Part shown: piece after piece, positions 11,101 to 23,364 of the stretch
How the letters are laid out: each line of letters begins with the position of its first letter
Position numbering within the stretch: the first letter of the stretch is position 1
Assembly (NCBI GenBank): GCA_000708835.1
Contig: DF237524.1
Location: forward strand, 1-57,782
Direction: 5' to 3'
DNA length: 57,782 nt
From: Klebsormidium nitens
Lineage: Eukaryota; Plantae; Klebsormidiophyceae
The notes under the pieces: model-generated
The model's input: only the letters and a program-made list of their open reading frames with translations
The model's database searches: none
What the model was told of the DNA's origin: nothing
Made by a program: the position numbers and the translations under genes

Positions 11101-14100
11101 CTAGGTTGAACGCGGGGGGGACTGTGAAAGTGCTTCCGGACCCAACGCTCATGACTCTGAGTGCGGCGTCGCAGATGAAGCCGCTTCCGGCGGCGGAGGC
11201 AGGACACGTGCACCCGATCGCGAGCCCCGTTACGGCTGGATCGCAAGTTGCGAGCGGGTCACACGGATTGTGGACGGTACAGTCCACAAGCGCGCAACCT
11301 GCGGAACGGTTAGAGGTTGATTGTGAGGGTAATAAGGGCCCAAGTTCGGAATGGCAAGGGTGGCTGCGATTCGCAACTCGCGAGCGGGTCACACGGGTTG
11401 TTGACTTTATAGTCCACAAGCGCGCGACCTGGAGATGAGAAGCGGGTCAAAACGGAGTTGAAATGAGGTTGAGAACAGTTTTACGAGATGTTGACGGTAA
11501 GGCTCCTGTGGATCGCAGTGGTCACAGCCTGAAGTTCGAGCAAACCCACACAAAAAGTGTATTAGACTGCTCGAGGCTGTTAAGTTGCTAGGGCGCAAAC
11601 TGACGACCACTGACGGAACTTTCCGTCAGGCGAATCTGACGTCCCAATGATTAAAACCATCCGACTTCCTGAACATGACTCTGCGACGTCGACATCGGTC
11701 ACCAGCAACTTTGAGAATGATCCTCAGCCCTTTACATTCCATACGGGCTGCAGAGACAATTTCCATAAGACGCCAGGACTTGTAACCTGGTCAACCCCGG
11801 CACACGCAACGACTTTGTTTGCATGCACCTCCCTTGCCGTCATCTACTATTGCCATGCTTGAAAAGCGCCGTGCCGTCGTTCATTTTTCGACGGACCGAA
11901 GGAACGGATCAACGGACCAACGGAACCAGCGCCGGAACAAACGGACGAGCCAGCGCCGTGTTACTAGGAAGACGCGTGCCGAACCGCTCATCCAGTCCGC
12001 TCGGCCCTGTCAAAATTCATTTTACGGCCTAGGTACTACAGACGAATTTCGAGGTTGTCAGAAGACCCCAGTGCTCACTTTGAATCGGGGATCCCGTTCC
12101 CCCGTCTGTCCCTACCCCCGTAGGGACTGCCGTCAGGCTCGGGCAAAACCTGGTAGACGAAGCATTGCCCTGAGTGTACAGATTCGCGGGCCCGTTACCG
12201 TCCGCTTGGTTCCGGAGAAACGTGTTTGGGCTGCCGACCGTCGTTGTCCCGTGATCGAGGTAGATGGCCCCCCCCGCTGTCGCGTAGTTTTGCACGAAGA
12301 GGTTGCCAATGATGAACATATTTCCAGAGTAGTGGTTTAAAATGGCGCCTCCACCCACCTGGAAAAGTAAGGGATGTAAGCGCAGGATTCTGCATGAAGG
12401 TTGGGTTTAAGACTTGACGTCTACGTTTGTCGTCGACTGTAAAGTGGTAGGATTCCTCAGCCCCGAAGTCCAATCTGAGCGCACGCAGGTACACTCTTTC
12501 TAGCGAAACTGCGGACGTGGTCTGTGATATTGTAAACGCCTGCGATTTTGAAAAGGAGCCGCCGTCCATCTGAGAAAAAAGAGGGGTTCAGAAGTTGCGT
12601 CGGTCTTTTAAGCTTGAACGTGAGCTCTGACAAGATTGGTATGTTGTCCTTCCCTGGTTGCGTGGTTCTGAAAGCGAAGCCGTTGCCAGTAAATAACATG
12701 GGGCAAAATTTGTGCTTGAAAAGGTGCACGGGCTCGAAGTGGGCGGGAGTTTCTACTTTAGAATCCGGCTTTCGGGGCTCGTATGGCAGATATGCTTTCT
12801 TCTTGTGCTCCTTTTTCGAAGAGCATTTACTAAACCCGCATTCAAGACATTTCCTGATCGAATCGATATAATTGGCAACCACCCGTAGTAGAAGCAACAG
12901 GGGCATGTACCAACGTAGCTTGACGTGGTGGTTACAGAAGGACGCCAAGGCAAGTTTACGTGTCGCACGTTCTCAAAACCAACTAGCGAAACGTAAGAGA
13001 AGCATAAGTCAGTTACCGGTGACGTGTTGTTCGCGAACGTGTTGCCAGCGATGATGATAGTGCTGTCGTACTTGCCGGGGTTGTCGTCGGAGAAAGCGAC
13101 CACCGCCCTGCAAAATCAGTCGGGCATAGATTTGAGTATTGAATTACTAGTATTAGTACTATTATTATTAGTATTAACTATACTCATTAATTACTATCAT
13201 TATTATTAGTAATACTAATAAATCACTATTATTTATTATTGTCGATGATTATTGTTTATTATATCATGCACTATGCATAACTATTGATATATACTACTTC
13301 GCTTTGGTCGAACCTGGCCAAGACAAACAGCTTCCATTTCGGCTGCGGAAAGTCGTCACACAACGGCTGAGAGAATGAACACGCTCGAGCAATAACGTTA
13401 GTCTCTAAAACGTTTAGCTGTACGACTTTCGAATGATGCACTACCGTGCGCACCGGCCAGGAATCAGCATCTGTCGAGATCTGACGCAGGTGATTTTGCC
13501 AAGTAGCACGAAGAGAGCTTGAGCAAAAGTAGTGCCACGACTTCAAAAAACCGGTCGACTCACCCGCCTCCAAAGCCCAGTGCGCGATTATACATGAAGA
13601 GGGATCCCTGGATCCTGGCCTGTTGTGATTGGTACAGCCAGAGGGCGGACCCGCGATCCTGCGACGCAGGATCGTTCCAAGTCTAAGCAGGGGTTAGGGT
13701 TTACCAGGGCTCTCTGATCTGGACAATCTGATGGCTTGTGGTGCCAGGAAGCTTTTACAGTTACGCAGGGCGCTACTATGACTTGTGGTCATTTTGGGTA
13801 CCACTTGTTCTTGCAGCCACGTTGGCACAACCTCTCCAGAGCAAGTTGTGTAGGTCGAACTGAAAGGGTTTGGTGAGGCTTAGAAGGGTAATGCACGAGA
13901 GCTGGTTGGCAGGACAGGCTCGAAGTGGCCAGGATGAGCGTAAACCAATTGCCGTCCCAACCACAGGATCAGACCGGGATCGCCTTCTCCCGAGCGTCTG
14001 CTGAATGGCTCGCAGTCATGACCCTTCATGGATCCCTTTTGCCCCCCTCAGACGAATTCCAAGGAATCCCGCCCAATCAAGGGGTTAAAAGCTCTCACAA

Positions 14101-17100
14101 GTGTTAGCTTATCCAACAATAGGGGTCGTCATTCAACACAAAAGAAGGTCGCAATCTCCGTTGGAAAGCCCTGTACAACGACTCAAACTGCCGACCGTGG
14201 CCGCTCTACCTTTTTGGAAACTCCCGAAACTCGGGGGAAAGAAAGACCGTATCAGCACCGTCTTCGCTCGCGGAGGGACACAAACGGAAAACATATAACG
14301 TAATTCAACAACGGAACCCCTGTTTGTACAGCTTGAACCTTGAGAACCCCTCGACTTACATACTCCTATACTTTAGGTAGGATAGTTTCTAGGTAGAATA
14401 GTAACAGTTCCCGGGTCAAAACAAAACTGAAAACCTAAACGGACAAATACACCCGCTCCGCACCCGTACCCACCCTGACCCCCAAACTAACCCCACCCGC
14501 TCGCCGGGCCATGACCATATCCTAACTAGGACTATACTACCTAAACTATAGGTCTATTCGACTTACCCGAGCCGAGTTGTACGAGAAGTTGCTGTTCCTG
14601 ATGGTCAGAGCGGCCCCCGTGGTGACTGAAAGCCCGCCGCCATACATCGCCGTGTTGTTGAGAAAGAGGCAGTTGGAGATTGTGGCGTTTGATCCAGCAT
14701 TGACGGCGCCTGCGGGCAACGGCTGAAGAGTCTCTGTTCCTAGATACTTGCCTACATTGAGAGTCGCTCAAAGGGGGGCGTTAGAGGAACATGGCCTGCG
14801 CTTTGCCGCTGATGCCGCCTGGCCAACCTGGTGAGACCCAGGTTTCCGACGACAATCTCTAACAAATTTTTCTGAATAGACGCACGTCTAGGTTCTGGCT
14901 TTGCATATAGCATCGACGGCACTTTCGCCAAAAGGTAGGTGTCTGTTTTAATTTGCGAGAAGAGGTAGAAATCGGTAAGGAATGACATGAAAAGTGGCGT
15001 GACTTGGAGAGGACATAAAGGCTAAGAGGAGAGGTTTGACTCGGAAAGGCCCAAAAGCTCACCTCCACCCGCGCAAGCGCTGTTGCTGGTGAACACAACC
15101 GAGTCAGCGACAAGGTTGGTCCCGGGCCCCGTACTGATTGCGCCCCCGTTGAAGTTGGTCAGCCCCCCGGGGCAGTAGCCGGCTGCGGAGTTGAAAGTCG
15201 GCTGGGACTGCAGGTGTGAATATGTACCAGGACTTATGGTGTGAATGAGGGATCGAAACACTGGGCGAAGGCAGCACTAGCTTGACAATCCGAGTGTCGT
15301 TGCAGCAGCCCAAGAACGCTTGAACTCAGAGATATTGGTTTAGGATTGACGGATGGGATATGGCGTGCGCAAAGAAAGCACGAATTTCTGGGCAATGCCT
15401 TGCACGGCTAGTGTCCGTGTATTCTTTGGATCAGAGATCGTTCTGAACTGGGACTCAGGCACAAGACTCACTCCAAGCGATTAGAAGTTGCAAAGAGACC
15501 TTGTTTCCAACTTCTTTCAGTCTCCACTCTCGCTTCTTTTGGACACACAAGAAGAGCGACCACTTACGAACCCTCCGTCTAGCCACAGGTTGCGGAAGGT
15601 GACGGTCCCGAGGCCGTTCCCGGTTTGGAAAAGTTGGACCTGAAACAGCGAAGAACCCGCTCAGCAGAGTAGAACGAGAAGTTGCAGACTGATGAAAGGA
15701 CCCCAAAAGGTGCTCATTTGAATGTTGTGAAACGAGCAGAAAACAAGAACGCTGGGAAGTCAAGCTACTTGATCCAAATCTGTGTTCTCTTGAAGAGGGG
15801 TCGCAGGATAGTGACATCACCCCTGATACAGATGAATTACAGCTAACAAAGCAAAATCTTGCCAAATCTTTTGCTGAAAACACAAGTACGGGGAATCAGT
15901 CAGCACTTAGACTGCTTAAACACCTGTGCCTTCAACGTCTTCAGGTTCAAGGACTTTCCAACGCAAGAATATTAGTTCCTGAGTCCCTGTTGATATAGAA
16001 CCAGGAACTAAAAGATGAAGGTTTGTGAGAGCTCACTCCTGTGCCAATCCCTGCATTGGAGAAGATGCGGCACCCAGGGTAGGGGCACTGGCCCTCAATG
16101 CTGATGGACTGGGAGATCTTGATGGTGGATGTCACTTGAATGTCACTGCATGAAAGTAAGAAGATAGACCGTCCCAGATTGTTGTCGTTCAGTCGCATCA
16201 GTAATTGGTACACAAGCGCTGCTTACTGAGCGTTAACCAGCTACTTGAAGGATCCGGTAGGGTAAAGATATGCCTTTGCTTAACATAGTCCTGTCAAAAA
16301 TAGACTCTTTATAACTATCAAATGACACTAATGCGCCCACTGATGTACCAAAGAAGGTGACCCTGCTTCGGGCTACTACAACCTGGCAAAAACACTCTGC
16401 CTGTCCTCAGTCAGGGTACTACTCTAGACTGGAGTCAATGAAACATCTTCTGAGAAAACTCAACTTATACCTCTCCAAGGAATTGAGGGTTTCAAAATTC
16501 GTCTCTTTGGTTACCTGGGGTCCCAAAGCATCCAGAAGCCAAGAGCACCAGGGATGCAAGTCAAGTATTGAGGCCAAACTTTTTCCAAGAGGGGCTTACT
16601 TTTGTGCTGAAGGAAGGTTTTGTCTTTAAGAGTTAGTGAGTGTTTTTCCAGCCCCAAGGAAATTCAAACCCTAAATGTCTCGAGTAGTACCATCCTCTAG
16701 AGACATCACGGAGCACCTTGAATCTAAAGGAAGCAACGCAAGATCTTCACTGTGCATGCTGAAACAGTTAAGAAAGGGGCACCAGGTTCCAAATGACCAT
16801 ATCCCAACTTCTGCTTTGAAGATTCCTACAGACCGGCACATAAGCCAGGCGATCAGGGTTTGGACCAACAAAGAAGCCCTCAGCGCTCACCCACAGACGG
16901 TCACAAGGGTGCCAGGAGTGCTGGTAGCCAGAGCTGATACCAGCCCTTCCGCATCGAGCACGCCGGTGCAGGCGCCATCAACTGGCAACAGAATGAGGCA
17001 CTTTGTTCAAGAACGGATGCACAGGCCTACAATTGTTCCTAGCTTTAGTCTCAGAGACTTGGAACAATTGCCAGCTCCGCTGGACTCGCAAATTGCTGCT

Positions 17101-17765
17101 GTTTCAAGCGAATTTTCTCACATAGCACTGCCCATGCTTTGTTCGAATAAGCTGATCACTACAAAAGCAATTGCGCAAGTATGTTTGGTGTACGTCGTTT
17201 TCCCATTTGGAAACTTGGAATGCCTTATTGAATCGCTGACGTTCCTTGACCGCTTTGTCAGGGCCATGAGCTTTGGAACAAGCGAGCTATCCAGAGAGTA
17301 CGGTGTCTTTTTGTGGTCAAAGCACCCCGAATGCGCAATGTGTTCATCACAAGCGTGGTTAGTCCGTCACAAAACAAAGCCTTCAACCTCCCAGCCGTAT
17401 TGACACACCCCTTTTCTGAAGACCTGACTGTGGAGCTGACCACAAACTTGAGTTTTTTGGAATTGCTGCTAACTTGCCGAGCATCTCATATTCCCTACTG
17501 CTGCTGTAATTCCATGCTTGCAAGTCACCACTTGCCCCATTTCAAGTGTTACTGAAATAACGGTGACAAAAATGATGGTCCAGTGGACCTTTCCTTTGAT
17601 TTGACTAACCATAAGGCCCCAAGGGTCTTCCATGCCAAATCTACATCCCTAGATTGTTAGCTACTCACCAGCTGCAATGCCGGCGCTCATGTACATCACA
17701 AGGGCTACCACCACATTGTACCAGCCCCTACGACTGGCCTTCCCTACCATTTCTACCGCCTCCAT
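5106..17765 (-). CDS. RLK/Pelle-family receptor-like Ser/Thr kinase (RD type): signal peptide, Pmp-like/parallel beta-helix ectodomain, EGF-like module, Pro-rich stalk, TM helix, kinase, Ser-rich tail; ~18 exons
   Basis: Spliced minus-strand exons read as follows. Signal peptide: [32 protein letters not shown] (17669-17765). Ectodomain repeats: [62 protein letters not shown] (~12080-15210). EGF-like: [43 protein letters not shown] (11095-11298). TM: [30 protein letters not shown] (~10520-10610). Kinase: [27 protein letters not shown] (~9707-9900), [11 protein letters not shown] (~8795-8952), [35 protein letters not shown] (~8230-8385), [18 protein letters not shown] (~7550-7678), [14 protein letters not shown] (6868-6981), RPDMSDV (~5551-5760). 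Final exon [11 protein letters not shown]...GR* (5106-5282). Exon phases are consistent except at one junction (14567 to 13107). Confidence 0.93.
6060..6890 (-). repeat. Degenerate ~150-bp tandem array in a kinase intron; each unit copies the exon tail plus 5' splice site
   Basis: CCCGGAAAGAGGGCACGTGA is exact at 6843-6862 (the real junction) and at 6224-6243, followed by ACCGCCTCGACGAG in both. More decayed units lie near 6070, 6385, 6645 and 6770. Confidence 0.85.
8910..9285 (-). repeat. ~120-bp degenerate tandem units copying a 3' splice site plus exon start ([10 protein letters not shown])
   Basis: The real acceptor AG is at 8953-8954. Copies with AG lie at 9159-9160 ([13 protein letters not shown]) and 9279-9280 ([12 protein letters not shown]), with a weaker copy at ~9010-9047. 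Confidence 0.85.
13140..13270. repeat. AT-rich degenerate (TAT/TAG)n simple repeat inside a kinase intron
   Basis: TATTAGTACTATTATTATTAGTATTAACTATACTCATTAATTACTATCATTATTATTAG..., in sharp contrast to the GC-richer flanks. Confidence 0.8.
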
Positions 17766-18656
17766 TTGATAAAACTTCAAACTCACACAGGAACCTTACC
17801 ACTTCACAGCTATAACCATAGCATGAAAGCAAATACTACTCCAACAAAGAAGCGCCGTCCTTTCGTCAGAAGTCAATTTTCAACGAAGACCTCTGTGAGG
17901 CTTGAGCCTCAAAAGTGACATCTCAAACTCCACAGCAAGGCGTCTTCTCCACTTTTCTCTCCCTTCGTTGAGCTACAGGCTACAGCTGCAGCAGCCAGTT
18001 CTAGCGTCTTCCTTTTGCAATTTGCACCACCATGATTTATGAATCATGGTGACATCACTTATCAAAAGTCAGCTCTGTCCGTAGTGTGTGGTCATTGACT
18101 TGCGCAGGCTGAAACCCGGGGGATCATCTCCTGTCTTTACGGCACGTCCAATCATGAAGTTGGCAGTGGGTCTGACCCGGACCGCGCGCGCATCCGTCGT
18201 ACTTTCATGCAGTTGTGCAGTTGTTGTAGGTACCTAGCAGAGGCGTGCATGCATACATACCGTACTTAGCACCTTGATTAGTGACTCTGCCATGGTCTGT
18301 CAACAAGACGGAAGTTGGAACTTGTTTGTTTGAAAAGAGAATCCCTAGAGGATTCTCGAGGCTGGGTATTCCTATCGTTTTCAAGACGATGAAAAGGGAG
18401 ACGGCCATGGAGCTGCTGAGGGCCAATCGGGGGGGGGGGAAAGCAGCTGCGAAATCCACCAGTCACAGCCAGAGCAGGACAGGCTGAGTGGCATCGTGCC
18501 GGGTGTCTACTGATATCCAATTGAGAGATCTAGAGGGTAATGAGCTAAGGAAGAAGGAGAATGGGAACAAGAGTTGCAAAGCATATAGCGAGGGAGCTGT
18601 ATGATAGCAGGTCCAGACTTGCAAGCCTTCACGAAGTGTCTTCCAGTTACACCACA

Positions 18657-21600
18657 ATGGAGGTCGAAGGAGAGCTCTTGGAAGTTTCTGAGCTGCAGAG
18701 GGATGTACTATACCTCGAAGAGAAGCACGCCGAGGCCTTTGACATGTAAGCTGCTATGAGGATGGTGCTTTGAAGCAAGACACCTTGTTGCCAGCCTTTG
18801 TTCATTTGAGGACGAGACCCTTCCATACTCTATAGTCCAGCCTGTTGACCTGCAGTATTCACCATGATTTGCGCCGCGTCATGAAAGACGTGTAGCGTTG
18901 ATGGACGGGTGCCCTACCAGTGAGTGGTAATCCAACGCATTTGAACGTGGGTGGAAAAGTGAGGGGCAACTGAGCTCGATTAGCTGGCAAACATCTTTGA
19001 AAAGGTGTACTCTACACCATCTCGGTGATTTCTCACAGTAATATTTTGGCAGGCTGACTACTCCAATGCAGCAAGACTGATATTAACCGCTCGTGCTTGC
19101 AGGTCGTGCATGTCTCCCCCGCTCAGTCCATCCCCCATCCTGAGCCCCAACACACCGTCCACCGAGCTCCCCAGCGCATTCCAATTCCGCTTCAAGATTG
19201 ACACCTCCTCAGAATTTGAGGCTGGCATGCTAGACGCAGCTGACTCTCTGAAGGACAACTTCCTAACCATGAATGCCAGAGTGACATCACCAGGGGCTGC
19301 TCGTGTGAAGAACGAGTGGAGCAGAGTCGAGACCGCCGGCACAGTTCATGAGGTGCAAGTAACAGAAGCTAACAGTGGAGAGCAGGATGCTCTGTCAGCA
19401 GAGGGTGAAGACTTGGCGCTTCCAGCTGAATCAGAATGCAGCCCCAATGCAATTCTGACAACACTGGAGTATGCAGCATATGCACCAGGAGAGGAACAAT
19501 CTGAGGTCTCTTCTCCAGGCTCCAATGGCCCAGAGGGCAGACCAGAGGTAGACATAGCGGTAGATAAGCATCCTATTGATGTGACGCATGACGCAGAGGG
19601 GAGCGATATCGATCTTGACATTGAAAAGCTGGCCCTGGAGATCGAAGCGCACAACAGAGCGACAAGCAATGCGGTGATGGTGAGCCTGAAGACCAACTAA
19701 ACGTAGGCCGGCATGCTGACTTCAAAACGCTACTACTGGAGTCCCCTGTTGCCATCATAAAAGCATCCGAGTCTCCTAAACGACATCAATCGATTCCATT
19801 TTACGTTTTCTTCACCCCTCTTCAGATTACCTTATAATCCTCTATCCGAAAGCCTTTAAGTTGGTTACTCAGGAGTGAAATAAAGTTATCTGCTGGGGCA
19901 GGTACAACAAAAGGTCTCTGTAGAGTTGCAAAGGGACGCCTGCTCTTGAAAATGCTTCAAAACCCTCTGCATGCAGTCTCGCTTCGTGGAGGTGAAGAAA
20001 AAGCTTGTCCAGCACGAGCAAGAAACCCTGGAACTGGCAAGGATGCAGCATCAGAAGGAGGTAAGGCATGTCCTCTGATTGCTTGCGGTGGTACAAGCAA
20101 ACGCTTCCAGACTCCTGAAGTTTCCTTCTTAACTTACGACGACAGTTGTGAAACGGCGTGCACAAGCTGTAGATGCTGTGGGCTTCTAATCCACAACAAG
20201 CATGAGGAGGAGCGGTTAAGGACCAGCCTAAGCATTGCTGTGCACTTACGAGGAACATCCTCCAGAGGTCACTTCGGAACAGAATGCCCAAAGTTGGTTG
20301 TGCGAACATTGGAAAAGCCTTGATCTTCTCTAAAGCTCGGAGAAAACCGAAGAACGACACTTTTGGTTGGTACAAACTGGTTGCATTTTCTGCAGCTCTC
20401 GAGAATGAACGGCGAGATGGCTCGTCTTAGGACGGAACACGACGATGCAGTCAAAAGGGCGCGTGATATGGTTGACATGGCGAACCGAGCCGCTGAGCTG
20501 GTGGCTCTCCGAGGCCAGCAAAATGTGAGGCAATCGATCAACGTGATTTCTATTTGGCATCTTTGAAAAGCACCATTTTAACTCAAGCGCAACTCGGAGA
20601 CGGATTGCAAGTGGTTTAGGAGCAGAGAGCTTCGTGCAAGGAGTCCGGACGGAATCGCAGACGGCGCGCAGAGATACAGTCCTGTGTCTTGCAATGTATT
20701 GCGCTCCTTGGAGGAAATAACGATCTGTTCATTCATTCGACTTAAAGTTGCTGCCTACACATTCCGCTGCGTATGCATCAAGCAAGACCTCAGGTCTAGG
20801 TCACCTGTCTAAAAACTTGCGAGGTATTCACACGGCAGATCCCTTTCTTGAAGTTGGAGGATGAGCATCGTGGAGCGCTCTATGCAGTTCCGCTGATTTT
20901 CCTAGTCTTCTGGATCGCTTGCAGAGGAACACGGCTGCCCTTTGCGCTGTCCTTTGGAAGTGGAAAGAGGAGACTAACTGGCAAAAGTACCTCAAAAGGA
21001 TGGAAAGGTGAGCTTGCAATTTACGTCTGCATATGCAACCCGACAGCTATGAATTGGAGTTTCAAATGCTGTCCTTCTTTGTCGAAATTGAAGTCATCGG
21101 GCCTGAGGCGCTCACAGGCGGCTGATTACACGGCTAGCTCGGCAGACTTGATTCATTCGGCAACACAGGATTTGCAATTCATAAAAGCGGGGTGCTTTTG
21201 TTTACAGGAAGGCGACTCAACAATACGAGCAGAACTACCGCCAGCGGCAGCCCTTGCGGAAGTGGAGGAAGTTGACAAAGCTCGCCAAACTGCACATGCT
21301 AGAGTTCAAGACCAAGGTGAGCAGACAACGTAGCAACTAAAAGTGACTTTGTTGGACACGTTGCGCAACCACCCAGTTTGGCTTTTCTCCCAAGGTTTGC
21401 GGTCCAAAAGAACTTGCCGGGATTTTCTCAGGTCGTTCGTTGAGCAGTCTCCAAGATGTGGGAAGCCTACCCAGGTAAAGGGGAAAAGTTAAAGCTTGCC
21501 CCATTGCTTCGTGGAAGCAAGGCGTGACGTCATCAACGTATCAGCCCTCGTTAATAACTGCAGACACCAAACGGTAAAAACCCCTTCAGTCGCTGATTAT

Positions 21601-23364
21601 GCCGGGCGATACTCGGGAAATGGTGGACCGCCTGTGTGGGCGGCAAGTTACAGTCCCCGCTTTTCTCAATGGCAGCAATCTCCGTCGGCGACATCCGCAC
21701 GTATAGTATCCGGAGAACGTCGAAGCCAGTATCTCTGCCTTCAGGGGCCTCTGAACACCATAGGTGTCTCACATAGGCGGCTGCCTTCTTAGCTATCAAC
21801 TTTCATTGTTTCTCCAGATGTCGCTCAAGGAAGAAAAGGAGCGCCTCGCAGCCGAAAGCGCTGGCGAAGTTCAACGACTGCATCAGGACGCGGCTGACCT
21901 GCGGAGTCAGCTTGCGGAAGAGAAGAAGGCCAGGGAGAAGCTGGAGGTAAGCAGAAGCAGAGAGAAGGCCGCAACCTGGCGTCACCGGACTGAAGAGAAT
22001 CTCAGTGATCACTGGTCTCTTGAGAGCGCATGCCGTCCTTCATATTGGTAACACAATCCGTTATGAAAAAACGTAACGACGAGAAGACTGCTGCGGCTGC
22101 CGTTCAACACCAGCTCTCTCCTCTCAAACCCATCTTCATTTCTGCCTATAGGTAATGTTATTAAGCGCAATGGTGCGAATGAATTTTTTCCGAGGCGAAT
22201 ACAAATCCCGGACACAACCTTCTTCGTTCGGCTTGAACTCTAGTCCTTAGAGAAATTGGAGCACGAAATGTAGAAAGTGTCTAACGCATTGGATTTGTTA
22301 CGAAATCTGTTGTTTCAGGGTCTCAACTTTAACCCGAGTGTTAACCCGGACGCCTTCGCTTGGTGCAGGAGGACATGAAGCGCGCGTTCATGCGCGGGGT
22401 GTGCGCGCTCAACATCGAGGCCCTGGCGATGATGAAACGGGGCGGGCTGCAGGCCGTGCAGGACGACTTCGACTCGCCCAACACCGTCGTGACAGGGCCT
22501 CCCCTCATCAAGGAGCACGTGCAGTACTACGAAGAAGTCGAACCCAAGAGGTGCGTTGGGCCACGCTTGGTCAATGGATGCTTCTAGTTTGCTGACCCCG
22601 ATTGATTTCGTTCCGTGACTGTCGAGGGTGATATTTTCGGTCGATCATGGAAGGAAGCACCAAGGGACTTTCAAACGTTTGCATCGTCTTTGCTTGAACG
22701 GGATGCGGTTGGAAAGTCACGGATTCAGTGAGCTTCAGTGATTGATACTCAGCGGACAGCCTCGGTCCTTCTTGCAAACCTCACCTCAAACCCTACTGCC
22801 GGCTTATAACCCAATAAGTTGCCTTCCGCGTTAGAAACAATAACTCCTTTCAAACTCGACCGCAAGCGTGCCTGAAACATCTCATCTAACTACAGTGCAT
22901 CAGTGGAGGCTGCAAACGCGGCCGTCTTCTACCGGTCAACATCTCCGGGAGCAGTACGAAACGCCTCACCGTCCAAGAGTGCCGCCGCGGCCGGCTCCTT
23001 GAATCACGGGGAGTCACCTCCAAGGGATCCCCCGCCAGGAGAGTCGGTTGGCCAGGAGCTTGATGCGCCAATGGACGGAACAGCACCGGAACAGCGGACC
23101 GTGAGCGAGCAGCTCAAGCGGAAGCTAGCGGCAGTGATGGGTTCGAAGGGCACAGGGAACGGCGCTGCTAACGTAAGTAGTACTTTAGGCGGAGGGGTAG
23201 CTTTTGCGAAGAAGCTCGATGCGGTGGTTGATGTTCGACCGCAAAGTCGAGGAAACGGGGGGGTAGTGAAGAATGAGGCAATTAATCAGGGTAGGAGGAC
23301 GTCGGAAGTGCGGTCGGCTGTGAATGGCGTTCGAGTAGGCGCCGAGCCTCCTCGATGGAATTAA
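18657..23364 (+). CDS. POC5: Centriolar protein POC5 homologue (multi-exon)
   Basis: The exon at ~22368-22550 encodes EDMKRAFMRGVCALNIEALAMM, matching the remembered POC5 signature (SMKKAFMRGVCALNLEAM). Preceding exons splice in phase: RNTAALCAVLWKWKEETNWQKYLKRMER (~20920-21008), KATQQYEQNYRQRQPLRKWRKL (~21210-21317) and coiled-coil exons at ~19975-20060, ~20396-20523 and ~21818-21946. The acidic N-terminal exon is at 19103-19679 and the last exon ends at TAA 23362-23364. The start ATG is tentative. Confidence 0.85.

Noticed and set aside
13690-13703. Telomere-like GGGGTTAGGGTTTA
   Set aside because: Only about two imperfect units; too short to call an interstitial telomeric repeat.
16675-17403. 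242-aa plus-strand ORF
   Set aside because: It lies antisense to the kinase's 5' exon and introns, has no recognisable domain, and is likely a shadow ORF.
20848-21333. ORF-track reading EGDSTIRAELPPAAALAEVEE as the POC5 exon
   Set aside because: Splice phase and POC5 similarity favour the other frame (KATQQYEQNYRQRQPLRKWRKL).
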